Shown: positions 37,228 through 45,814 of the stretch, piece after piece
Numbering within the stretch: the first letter of the stretch is position 1
How the letters are laid out: the number at the start of each line of letters is the position of its first letter
Source: an uncultured Terracidiphilus sp.
GTDB taxonomy: Bacteria; Acidobacteriota; Terriglobia; Terriglobales; Acidobacteriaceae
Length of the DNA: 64,000 nucleotides
Reading direction: 5' to 3'
NCBI GenBank assembly: GCA_964438125.1
Contig: CAYTJN010000001.1
Coordinates: 42,641-106,640 of the forward strand
Notes under the pieces: model-generated
What the model saw: the letters and a program-made list of their open reading frames with translations, nothing else
What the model was told of the DNA's origin: nothing
Databases searched by the model: none
Program-made: the position numbers and the translations under genes

Positions 37228-38775
37228 CTAAGAACCAGTTCCAGCAATCACCACGCCAATTGTGCGTAAAATGATCCTGAAGTCAAGCCAGATACTCCAG
37301 TTCTCGATATAAGTCACATCCAGTGAGATGTAGCTATCGAAGGAGGGATCCTGGCGCGACTGCACCTGCCAAAGGCCGGTAATCCCGGGTGTCACGTCGA
37401 GACGACGAAGATGATTGAGTTTGTACTCCTGCACCTCGCTGGCGAGCGGTGGACGCGGACCGACGATGCTCATGTCACCGTGCAGAACATTGAGGAACTG
37501 CGGCAGTTCATCAAGCGAATATTTGCGCAGGAAGCGGCCGAGCCGGGTAATGCGGGGGTCGTCGGTAATTTTGAACAGAACCCCGTCGCGTTCGTTCATG
37601 TGCAAAATGTTAGCGCGCAGTTTCTCCGCATTGCTCACCATGGTGCGAAACTTGATGCAGCCGAAGACACGCCCTTTCTTGCCGATCCGTTCAGATAAAT
37701 AGAAAACGGGACCAGGCGAATCCATCTTGATTGCGATGGCGATGGCCAGCAACACCGGTGAAATGGCGATCAAGATCAAACTGGAGATGATGATATCGAT
37801 CCATCTCTTGAAGAGTAGAGCAATCTCCGGCACGCTGCCGTGTTGCAGCGGAATGGTCGGGAACTGTCCGATATACTCGATGGGGCTGTCCCAAACCAGC
37901 CCATCGTACATGTCGGGAACCACGCGCACGTCCACGCCATTAGCACGGGACTGCTCCAGCATGTCCTTGACGACGCCGCGCTGCTCGCAAGGTGCGGTGA
38001 AGAATACCTCATCCACAAAGTGCTTACGAGTATGTTGAAACAGCGTGTCGAGCGTGCCCACCACATCTGTGGAGAGGTCGTCAGCACGGGAGCAGCCGCC
38101 TGGAAACGCGATGAAACCCTTGAAGTTGTAGCCAAGATGCCGGATGCGATCCAGATGATTACGGAGCGCGTGAGCCTCAGTTCCAGTTCCGACGATGAAT
38201 ACGTTGCGGCTGCCTATGCCGCGCTCGAATCGGTGATAAAGCAGAAAGCGGTAACCGAACCTGCGGAGACTCAGCCCAAAGGTGACCAGTAAAATCGTGA
38301 TGACCACAATACTGCGCGGAATGTATTCAGCATGAAGTAGGAAGAGAGCGCCAGTTAGTAGCAACCCTGAGATCAAACAGGCCTGAATGCTGAGAGTTTG
38401 CTCATGCAGAAAACTGTTAAGGCGCTTCGGGGTATACAAATGCATACGTCGGCTGGTTATGATGAGTGACAAGGCGTACCCGCACAGGGCAGCCAGCAGG
38501 ATTTCCATCGAACTACCGTGCATAAGACCGCCATGCCCGAGGCTTCTGATACCGGCAATGTGCCCGGTGTGCCGCTCATAGAGCGTGACGAGCGCTGCGG
38601 ACGCCAAGATCGTGATCCCATCCAGGATCATCCACAGCGTAACCATGCCGTGCGAACTGTGCGACGAACCTGCCGTAGGCCTTTCCGCCCATGGTTGGGA
38701 GGAAGACATGTTTGCGGTAACTCTTTGCCAAAAGCCTGTTGTCGCCATATTTATTCCGAAGACCTCGCGTTTCAA
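37228..38775 (-). CDS. priming polyprenyl-phosphate hexose-1-phosphate transferase (WcaJ/CpsE-type bacterial sugar transferase)
   Basis: It has N-terminal TM helices and a C-terminal core: KRWIDIIISS...SPGPVFYLSERIGKKGRVFGCIKFRTM...DELPQFLNVLHGDMSIVGPRP. The start is uncertain. Confidence 0.9.
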   Translation of the reverse strand: MKREVFGINMATTGFWQRVTANMSSSQPWAERPTAGSSHSSHGMVTLWMILDGITILASAALVTLYERHTGHIAGIRSLGHGGLMHGSSMEILLAALCGYALSLIITSRRMHLYTPKRLNSFLHEQTLSIQACLISGLLLTGALFLLHAEYIPRSIVVITILLVTFGLSLRRFGYRFLLYHRFERGIGSRNVFIVGTGTEAHALRNHLDRIRHLGYNFKGFIAFPGGCSRADDLSTDVVGTLDTLFQHTRKHFVDEVFFTAPCEQRGVVKDMLEQSRANGVDVRVVPDMYDGLVWDSPIEYIGQFPTIPLQHGSVPEIALLFKRWIDIIISSLILIAISPVLLAIAIAIKMDSPGPVFYLSERIGKKGRVFGCIKFRTMVSNAEKLRANILHMNERDGVLFKITDDPRITRLGRFLRKYSLDELPQFLNVLHGDMSIVGPRPPLASEVQEYKLNHLRRLDVTPGITGLWQVQSRQDPSFDSYISLDVTYIENWSIWLDFRIILRTIGVVIAGTGS

Positions 38776-38982
38776 AGATTCAGGGGAAGATTTGTAATTC
38801 GGATTTCTAGCATCGGGGAAAGAGCCAAAGCTGCCTCCAATGGGGACCCGGACCTCCGCATCGTTTCAAAGTAATTCCATGCACACTTCAGGATTTTCCT
38901 GGACTAAGGGCGATTCCTCATAGTTCGCTTCCAAATATTGTGACGCGTTCATCAAGTAGAATCTAACCCGGGAGAACGCCGC

Positions 38983-39735
38983 TTGAATCGAACTACGTCC
39001 TGGCTTCAGTTCCGCTCAGCGAAGGGGACTTCACGTTTGCGCTTGTTCTGTTTTCCCCATGCGGGAGGTGGGGCAACGGCATATCGCTCATGGCTCGCCG
39101 AACTGCCGCCCTTCGTGGAGTTATGTCCGGTTCTTCTGCCCGGCCGGGAGACGCGCCTTTCAGAGTCTCCTTACCTCCAATTCGATTCACTGGTGGAGGA
39201 TTTGGATCGAGAACTACGACCATGGATCGACATTCCCTACGCCATCTTCGGGCACAGCATGGGAGCGTTGCTGGCGTTCGAGTGGGCGCGTCGATTGAAG
39301 CGGTATGCATCTTCCCAACCTGTCTGGCTCTTTGTCTCCGGCCGTCGCGCACCGGATTTACCGGGCGATAGTGCACTTTTGCATCCGCTCCCCGATCGTG
39401 AATTCATTAACGAACTGACTCGCGTCTACAACGGAATACCTCAGGAGCTACTGCAGAGCGATGAACTCATGGAAGTTCTTCTGCCGATTTTGCGCGCCGA
39501 TATTGCGGTGGTCGAGAGTTATCGTTTTTTGGAGGATGAGCCGCTCAACTGCCCTATTACGGTCTTCTCAGGAATAGAGGACTCAAGCGTCAGTTGGGAT
39601 CAGTTGATAGCCTGGAAACGTCATACGAAACGTCGCTTCGCGATGCACGTCTTTCCCGGAGGCCATTTCTTTCCCCACGGACCTATGTTGCAATCGGTCT
39701 CCGCAAACCTTGAAGAGTGGGATCACCTGCACTGA
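38983..39735 (+). CDS. type II (editing) thioesterase
   Basis: The 250-aa protein has LFCFPHAGGGA, GHSMGALLAFEWA and a C-terminal FPGGHFF. It starts at TTG and is the only plus-strand gene inside the locus. Confidence 0.85.
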   Translation: MNRTTSWLQFRSAKGTSRLRLFCFPHAGGGATAYRSWLAELPPFVELCPVLLPGRETRLSESPYLQFDSLVEDLDRELRPWIDIPYAIFGHSMGALLAFEWARRLKRYASSQPVWLFVSGRRAPDLPGDSALLHPLPDREFINELTRVYNGIPQELLQSDELMEVLLPILRADIAVVESYRFLEDEPLNCPITVFSGIEDSSVSWDQLIAWKRHTKRRFAMHVFPGGHFFPHGPMLQSVSANLEEWDHLH

Positions 39736-39805
39736 CGAAGACTTGAACCCCGCGCCGATGTTGCGAGCATTTGCAACTATTTGCAGGTGGCCTGTCTCTT
39801 GCCTT

Positions 39806-40813
39806 TCACGACTGTTCAGTCACGGGGGCGTAGTCGTCGTCTGCGCTCTGACCGCTTAGTGGTTGGCGCAGCCCCGCCAGTTGTGCGATTCTTCTGTTTT
39901 GCTCGCGTGCTTCCGCAGGGATGTGGGGTCGACCTTTCACCACCTCCTTTCCCCGCTGAAGGACGGTAAAAGCCGCGCTCTTCAGACGGTCGGTTAAAGG
40001 GTGGCTCCCAGGTGGATGCGGTATGATACCCGCCCGGCGCAGGTGGTAATTCGCCCTGTAAACATTTGCCCAATGCCGGTCGTGAAATTGAAAATTAACA
40101 TTCAGAGTTACTGAAATATTGTTTTTGTTTCGTAGCCAGTGCGGAGAGTTGATAGGAATATGAACTCCGGAGCCGGGGCGCATCTGATAAATCATCGCTC
40201 TGGATTCGTATTCCGGCTTATAACGCGCTGCGCGATTGTCGGCGGTCCAGTAAACCTCTAGTTCATGGTCGGGAACAATGTCTTTGTCGGCACGATCGAA
40301 CACATGAATCTCTTTGTCGCCCTGCAGCTGAAGAATCCAGGAGACCTCGCGATCTAAGTGATACTCCGTAACACGATTTGGCGAAGTGATGAAGAGAATT
40401 GCCTCGAACCATTTGATTTTGCGCAGAAGCTGCGGTCCGGAAAATTGAAGGATATCGCGTATGCAGTTTTCCAACACTTGGCGATAGGCAGGTTCGCGCT
40501 CTACATGCTTGAGGATGATCCATGCCTGTGCGGTATCGATTTTGCGTATAAAGTCGACAGCTGCCGTTCGTGGAAGGTTCGGCGATAACGGCTTTTCGTC
40601 TGGCTCAATGATCCCATCATTGAAATACACGTCCCCCCCGGTCAAGTGCGGAGCGCTGCGGGTCGCGACTTTCTCGGCAAGGTCCACCAACCGGGAGAGT
40701 TCGAACAGCGGATTGCCGGCAAGAGTATGAGCGAACTCGTAGGGAAGCCGGTTGAAGTTCTGTTTAAACATGCCGGGTTCGCACTGGATTACGCGATCAG
40801 AGGCATCGGGCAT
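39806..40813 (-). CDS. JmjC/cupin_8 (FIH-like) Fe(II)/2-oxoglutarate oxygenase, paralog 2
   Basis: Motifs are VTEYHLDREVSWILQLQGDK and SPHWLRNKNNISVTLNVNF. It aligns with paralog 1 along its whole length (WIILKHVEREPAYR vs WIILKRIHEEPEYR). Confidence 0.7.
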   Translation of the reverse strand: MPDASDRVIQCEPGMFKQNFNRLPYEFAHTLAGNPLFELSRLVDLAEKVATRSAPHLTGGDVYFNDGIIEPDEKPLSPNLPRTAAVDFIRKIDTAQAWIILKHVEREPAYRQVLENCIRDILQFSGPQLLRKIKWFEAILFITSPNRVTEYHLDREVSWILQLQGDKEIHVFDRADKDIVPDHELEVYWTADNRAARYKPEYESRAMIYQMRPGSGVHIPINSPHWLRNKNNISVTLNVNFQFHDRHWANVYRANYHLRRAGIIPHPPGSHPLTDRLKSAAFTVLQRGKEVVKGRPHIPAEAREQNRRIAQLAGLRQPLSGQSADDDYAPVTEQS

Positions 40814-40928
40814 ATGGCCCTCCTGTGAGGGGCTAAATGATTGGTTGCGAGTCTGAGACTCTTGCGGTCGGGTCCGCCACTGGGCTGGACGAAACCGGCG
40901 TCGGTTAAGTTCGGTCTACTCTGGCGTC

Positions 40929-42362
40929 TCATTGGCCGTCGGAATTGAGCGAAGTCACAATCCTTTTTTTGCCTACCGGCTGTACGTCCAACGCAGCTTC
41001 GGCATATGGGCCAAAGCGCGTTCTGAGGATATCCGGATCCTCGTCTCGTAACGTCATACCAAAAAACGCCACTACGTAGCTTCGCACGATGTTCTGAATC
41101 TGCCGGGCGGGGAGCGCGCCCCGATGCGCTATCGAGCGCAGCGGAGAAGTTAGCGGCTGATCGGTGAAGTCGTCGTGCGCAGCGCCCTTCACTGACAACA
41201 TGTATCCGCCGAACTCGTGCAACGATCTCTCCACTTCCGCGAAGTCCGTCGCGTCAAGAGTCGCTTCCACCTTTTTGGCCGGATCGGAAGTCTCGCCAGG
41301 CCTTACGTTGTAAGCGTCCATCACAAGCAGGGGCTGGTTCGGACCTCGAGCGCGGATCGCGCCGAAGAACCATCCATCCATGTTTACCGCTGCACGAACC
41401 CTGCGATCCTCCGCGCACACTGCGGTGGCTGCTGCTCCACCAAATGAGTGACCGATGGATCCAGTTACGTTGGTGTTCAGCCGCCCAAACCATGGTGAGC
41501 CGTTCATGCTGTTCATAATCTCAAGGCGATCGAGGATGAAGCGTTGATCAGCTACCGACTTCGCGAGTTCCTGGTCCCAGGTTGCTCTGACATGCTCCGC
41601 AGTGCTGGACTCCGGATCATTGACCGCGTTTGCCGCGGTCCCACGCACAACTCGCCCATTCGGAAATACAACGAGCCGCGCATTGTAGGTGTGATCGATA
41701 CTAACCACGGCATAGCCACGACTCGCCAACTCTTCAGTAAGGAACGTGTCGTTTGTCCGCCTGCCCCCCCATGCATGGTTAAAAAGGATAACCGGAAACG
41801 GCGCGCCCATGAACGCAACTGGAGCATCGAGCCGCGAATGGGTGAGAATCAAGCTCTGGTAGGAACTAAGAGCGTTGGTTTCCCGAGGTTCACGGTAAGG
41901 GGCGAAGCGATTGTGCGATGGCTGGGCCGGATACCAAATCTGCACCATCAATTCTCGTGGCAAACCTGCGGCGGGTACTGCATCCTCGATGCGAGAGGTG
42001 TCCTTCAGGTACAGGATCGACGTGCCGACTGGATAAGGACCAGTGGGTTCGGGCAGCCTGAACACGGGTAGAAGAAGACACAATAAAACACTGGCGGAAG
42101 CGAGCAACAACGCGGACCATGCTGTGAATCTTTTGAATTGAATCCGAGGGCTGGCCGTTCCCCAGATTGCCAAGCAGAGAATACCCACGGCTGCGTACGC
42201 GGGAGCCATCTGCCAGTGAGCCCCTTCAAGAGCCCCATGCGCGATCGTGGTCAACAGGCTACCCGCGATGAGCAGATTGCCTGTTCGCGGCCAGTGGTTC
42301 ATGAGCAAGCAAACAGCCGCTCCGGCGACTATCAAAACAAGGACGATCTCAAGTGGGCGCAT
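40929..42362 (-). CDS. membrane-anchored alpha/beta hydrolase, PAF-acetylhydrolase/lipase-like
   Basis: It has four N-terminal TM helices, then VILFNHAWGGRRTNDTFLTEELASRGYAVVSIDH and the nucleophile elbow GHSFGGAAA. I chose the start at ATG 42362 (MRPLEIV) because the longer ORF overlaps the Wzc-like gene. Confidence 0.65.
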   Translation of the reverse strand: MRPLEIVLVLIVAGAAVCLLMNHWPRTGNLLIAGSLLTTIAHGALEGAHWQMAPAYAAVGILCLAIWGTASPRIQFKRFTAWSALLLASASVLLCLLLPVFRLPEPTGPYPVGTSILYLKDTSRIEDAVPAAGLPRELMVQIWYPAQPSHNRFAPYREPRETNALSSYQSLILTHSRLDAPVAFMGAPFPVILFNHAWGGRRTNDTFLTEELASRGYAVVSIDHTYNARLVVFPNGRVVRGTAANAVNDPESSTAEHVRATWDQELAKSVADQRFILDRLEIMNSMNGSPWFGRLNTNVTGSIGHSFGGAAATAVCAEDRRVRAAVNMDGWFFGAIRARGPNQPLLVMDAYNVRPGETSDPAKKVEATLDATDFAEVERSLHEFGGYMLSVKGAAHDDFTDQPLTSPLRSIAHRGALPARQIQNIVRSYVVAFFGMTLRDEDPDILRTRFGPYAEAALDVQPVGKKRIVTSLNSDGQ

Positions 42363-42441
42363 CGATTGACAACGTCCTTTGCCCGGGATAGCCTTCCTCC
42401 CGAAGTTATCCTCATGAAGCGGGTTTGTTTTGATCTCGAAG

Positions 42442-44628
42442 TCAAGCGCGAACCCTTTCTCGCCTTGCCGGGTCCTTCGCCGGCGTTGAACGACGTTGCC
42501 TGAACGATTGCTCATACCTGTTGAGTTCTGTTTTCAAGGCCCGATCCGCTCGCTCCAGACGAATCTTGTTCAAAACCACTGCCACTCCGGAGACCTCCAG
42601 ACGCTCGAGCAGCCTTGCCGCGCGATCCAGTTCCTGCTTAGTCGTGGTGCTCGACATCACTACAAGCACGGTCACATCTGACACCCTAGCAAGATACTCG
42701 GTATGCGCGGAGATAGGCAACGGAGTCGCATCGATCAGAATTACGTCGTATTGTTCGCTCGCGTGATGCAAGCCCTGCATTACTGGATTGAGCGTTGAAG
42801 CCTCATGTCCCATTCCGTATTCCGGGCGACTATGAGTAGCCGCGATCGGTGCGAGGGCGGCGAGTCGGATTTCGTCGTTCTTGTTCCGCTTTTGCAATAG
42901 GAATTGAGAACGCCAGGTGTTGTTACCGGGGGTGATTTCCGCTCCTTCGGATGCCGACGCCACGATCGTATGTGTTCTAAGATCGAGGCTGCGCAGCTTT
43001 TCGCTCACCTCCCTCACAACAGTGCTTGTACCGCTGCCATGCGATGGAGCCGTAAACAGAAAGACTCGCGCCCCCGCATTCCTGACCGCATGGTCGATGC
43101 CTGCCGCCAATCGCAGATAGTATTCGCCGGCAACTTCGCGGCGGAATTCCCGATTGTCAAGTAGAACTCCGAGCGGATAGAAGCCCATGACTCGCTCGAC
43201 GTCGTTTGCGGTGAATATTCTATTGTCCAGCAGATCGATTGAGACTGGAGTGCCAACGACGAAGGCTAGACTCAACAGAAAAAGACCAAGAAAGTAGATT
43301 CGCTCCCGGCTTGTCTCCGGGTTGAGCGGAGTGAGCGCTTTTGTGGATACATGGATTGACCCAGGAGAACTGCTTTCAAGTTCGAGGTCGCGGATGCGGT
43401 CGTCGACTGCGCTATACGCCTTTTGCAGACTATCAATCTCTGGCCCAAGTGCCGCGGCTCTTTGAAATTTCGGAGCTGCAGATGTAGCCGTGTGCGTCTT
43501 TTGCGCCAGTTCCTGGGTCAATTGAAGTTCAATCATGCGCGTGCGCGCTACTTCCTGGCGCATCCTGTCTTGAAGGTGTTCGCCGGCCTCGCGTCGCAGG
43601 TTGTTCATCATACCGTCGATTGAAGTCAATTCTTCCTTGTCTTTCTGGTAGATTGGATGATCCGGCCGCATCCCGCTCATTTCTTCCATCAAGGCAGTTC
43701 TCCGATTGTTCAGGGAAGTCCTCACTCCAGACAATCCTGAGTCGGTGGCGATCGCCTGATCTTCGTCCGCCTCCATCGCATTCGGTCCCCCAGTACTGCT
43801 TCCTTTCAATACGGCTGCCAATTGCGCCTCTGCCGCTTCGCGCTGCATGCGTGCGTTAACCTGCTCCTCGTTCAACTTTTGCAGCGTCGAATCATAGACA
43901 TTGCTTCCGCCATCCTGGCCCGAAAGCGTGGCAACGCCGAGCTGCTGCATCAGCTGCGCTTGTTCCGACAGACCGTCATCCATCTGCTTCTGGAGCCGGA
44001 CCTTTTCCTGCCGAAGAGTATTCAAGCGATCGTCCAGCCCATAAAACTCCTCGTTCTTCATTCGCTCTACATAGGTGTCGGTTACAGTATTTACAACCTC
44101 AGCGAGATCGTTTGGCGTCGTGCCATGCAGGATGATTTCCATCTCATACGTGGCGCCGAGTCTCTTAACTTCAAGCTCCGATTGCAAGACCTCAATCTCG
44201 TATGGCAATGCGGGACCCTGGTAGGACCGCGGCAAACCTCTCCGGTATCGCACTGCATAGGGAAGTCTGGAGATGGAATCCGCAATGATGTCGTGCCGTG
44301 TCACCGTCGAGATCTGGTCCTGAACATACGAATCGTACGGAAGTTCAACCTCAGTGTCTCCTACCAGCATCTTCGGAAACTTCGGCGACAGATAAACCAC
44401 GCTGTGTGATTCATAATTAGGTTTCGCCTTTTTCCAGATAGCAAAAGTCCCGCAGCCGCCCAAGACAAGAAACAGTGCCGCCGCGACGTACCAGTGACGG
44501 CGAAGACTGCCAAACACGTCGATAACTGGACGCGACCCTTCACTTGAACCGCCGGTCCGGCGCAGAGGTGCCGATGGCAGGCTCTTGGAGCTTCCGGGAA
44601 GCGAGTTGTCGGATGTTGTATTGATCAT
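42442..44628 (-). CDS. polysaccharide co-polymerase (PCP-2a/Wzc/GumC-like) with degenerate C-terminal P-loop domain
   Basis: It has two TM segments around a long coiled-coil periplasmic region. The C-terminal ATPase-like domain has Walker A APSHGSGTST (Lys replaced) and a VILIDATP segment. ATG 44628 is preceded by GGAAAGG. Confidence 0.8.
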   Translation of the reverse strand: MINTTSDNSLPGSSKSLPSAPLRRTGGSSEGSRPVIDVFGSLRRHWYVAAALFLVLGGCGTFAIWKKAKPNYESHSVVYLSPKFPKMLVGDTEVELPYDSYVQDQISTVTRHDIIADSISRLPYAVRYRRGLPRSYQGPALPYEIEVLQSELEVKRLGATYEMEIILHGTTPNDLAEVVNTVTDTYVERMKNEEFYGLDDRLNTLRQEKVRLQKQMDDGLSEQAQLMQQLGVATLSGQDGGSNVYDSTLQKLNEEQVNARMQREAAEAQLAAVLKGSSTGGPNAMEADEDQAIATDSGLSGVRTSLNNRRTALMEEMSGMRPDHPIYQKDKEELTSIDGMMNNLRREAGEHLQDRMRQEVARTRMIELQLTQELAQKTHTATSAAPKFQRAAALGPEIDSLQKAYSAVDDRIRDLELESSSPGSIHVSTKALTPLNPETSRERIYFLGLFLLSLAFVVGTPVSIDLLDNRIFTANDVERVMGFYPLGVLLDNREFRREVAGEYYLRLAAGIDHAVRNAGARVFLFTAPSHGSGTSTVVREVSEKLRSLDLRTHTIVASASEGAEITPGNNTWRSQFLLQKRNKNDEIRLAALAPIAATHSRPEYGMGHEASTLNPVMQGLHHASEQYDVILIDATPLPISAHTEYLARVSDVTVLVVMSSTTTKQELDRAARLLERLEVSGVAVVLNKIRLERADRALKTELNRYEQSFRQRRSTPAKDPARRERVRA

Positions 44629-44644
44629 GATCAGCCTTTCCAAC

Positions 44645-45814
44645 TCAGTGAACAGCCAGGGCCGCAAAACTTGCCATGGTCACGAATGGCGCTAACTGTT
44701 GCATCACGAAGCCCACTTTGGCCATTCCACTCTTGGGCACGTAGACGATGTCGCCGGGATAAAGCGAGACTTCCATGCCGCCATTTGGCTTCAAAAGATC
44801 TTTGAAACGGACATATTGAGTCTTGTCCCCCTTTGAACGGTGGACGACCTGAATCTCCGGATTTCCACCTGCGGAATCGTTCACCCCACCTGCCTCGCCC
44901 AAAACCGAAGCGACAGTTGAATCGTGCTTTAAGGCCACCGGCCCAGGATGCTGCACCTGCCCCATAATGGTTATGGTTCTTGTCGACAACGCGGGCACAA
45001 ATACTACGTCGTTGCGTCGTAATCGCAGATCTGCGAGCGGACTGCCCGATGTCAGCAGTTGTTGTAATTCAACCCAGTACACTTGATCCCCGCGGTAAAT
45101 CACACACTGCTCTGGCATGCTGCCATCGGGGCGTGCTTGTATGCCGCCTCTGGAGAGCACTTCCAGCAGAGTGGGCGTTTGTTCAAAGCTCACCATGCCG
45201 GGATTCTTCACGTCTCCTAGTAAAGTGACATGATTTGAGCCATATTTCTCCACCTCGACGGTCGCGGCGAGCTTTGTGTAGTAAGGGGACATCGCCTCCA
45301 CAATCGTCTGCCCCGCTTGCTCGCGAGTCAGGTCAGCAAGCTTGATCGGCCCGACGAGCGGGAGCGTCACCCGACCGTCTGGACCAATCACATCTTTGCT
45401 TGCCAAATCGGTCCTGCCAGGATACTGAATGGATATTTCATCCCCCGGTCCCAGCGTGTACTCCTCATCCACTGAAGGCTCGAACTTGCGTAGGGCCTCG
45501 ATGGGGCTCAGTTTCAGTTGTGGGTCAGGCAGATTCTCCTGGTTCGAACCTCCAGTTGACTGATCGCTGCGGGGCGAGTCCTTGGCCGACGTCTGACCGT
45601 CTGCTCCCTTGGCTTCAGCCGGCTGCGTGCAGACCGCGCCAAGTGCAAAGAGAGTGATGCCGCATAGCTTAAGCGCTTGACGTTGAATCGGCAGATTCAC
45701 AGATAACTCCTTCAGCAAACGCTTGGCGGATTGCTTAGAGACGCGGCCGGCAAGCGCTGCCACAACAGCATAAATTGGATTCGACGCTGCACGCCGAATG
45801 CTGCGCTCGTTCAT
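44645..45814 (-). CDS. Wza-like outer-membrane polysaccharide export protein (Poly_export + SLBB)
   Basis: The Poly_export motif is YTLGPGDEISIQYPGRTDL. The SLBB-like repeats are RGDQVYWV...RRNDVVFVP and YPGDIVYVP. It has a 4-nt ATGA overlap with the upstream GT2. Confidence 0.85.
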   Translation of the reverse strand: MNERSIRRAASNPIYAVVAALAGRVSKQSAKRLLKELSVNLPIQRQALKLCGITLFALGAVCTQPAEAKGADGQTSAKDSPRSDQSTGGSNQENLPDPQLKLSPIEALRKFEPSVDEEYTLGPGDEISIQYPGRTDLASKDVIGPDGRVTLPLVGPIKLADLTREQAGQTIVEAMSPYYTKLAATVEVEKYGSNHVTLLGDVKNPGMVSFEQTPTLLEVLSRGGIQARPDGSMPEQCVIYRGDQVYWVELQQLLTSGSPLADLRLRRNDVVFVPALSTRTITIMGQVQHPGPVALKHDSTVASVLGEAGGVNDSAGGNPEIQVVHRSKGDKTQYVRFKDLLKPNGGMEVSLYPGDIVYVPKSGMAKVGFVMQQLAPFVTMASFAALAVH

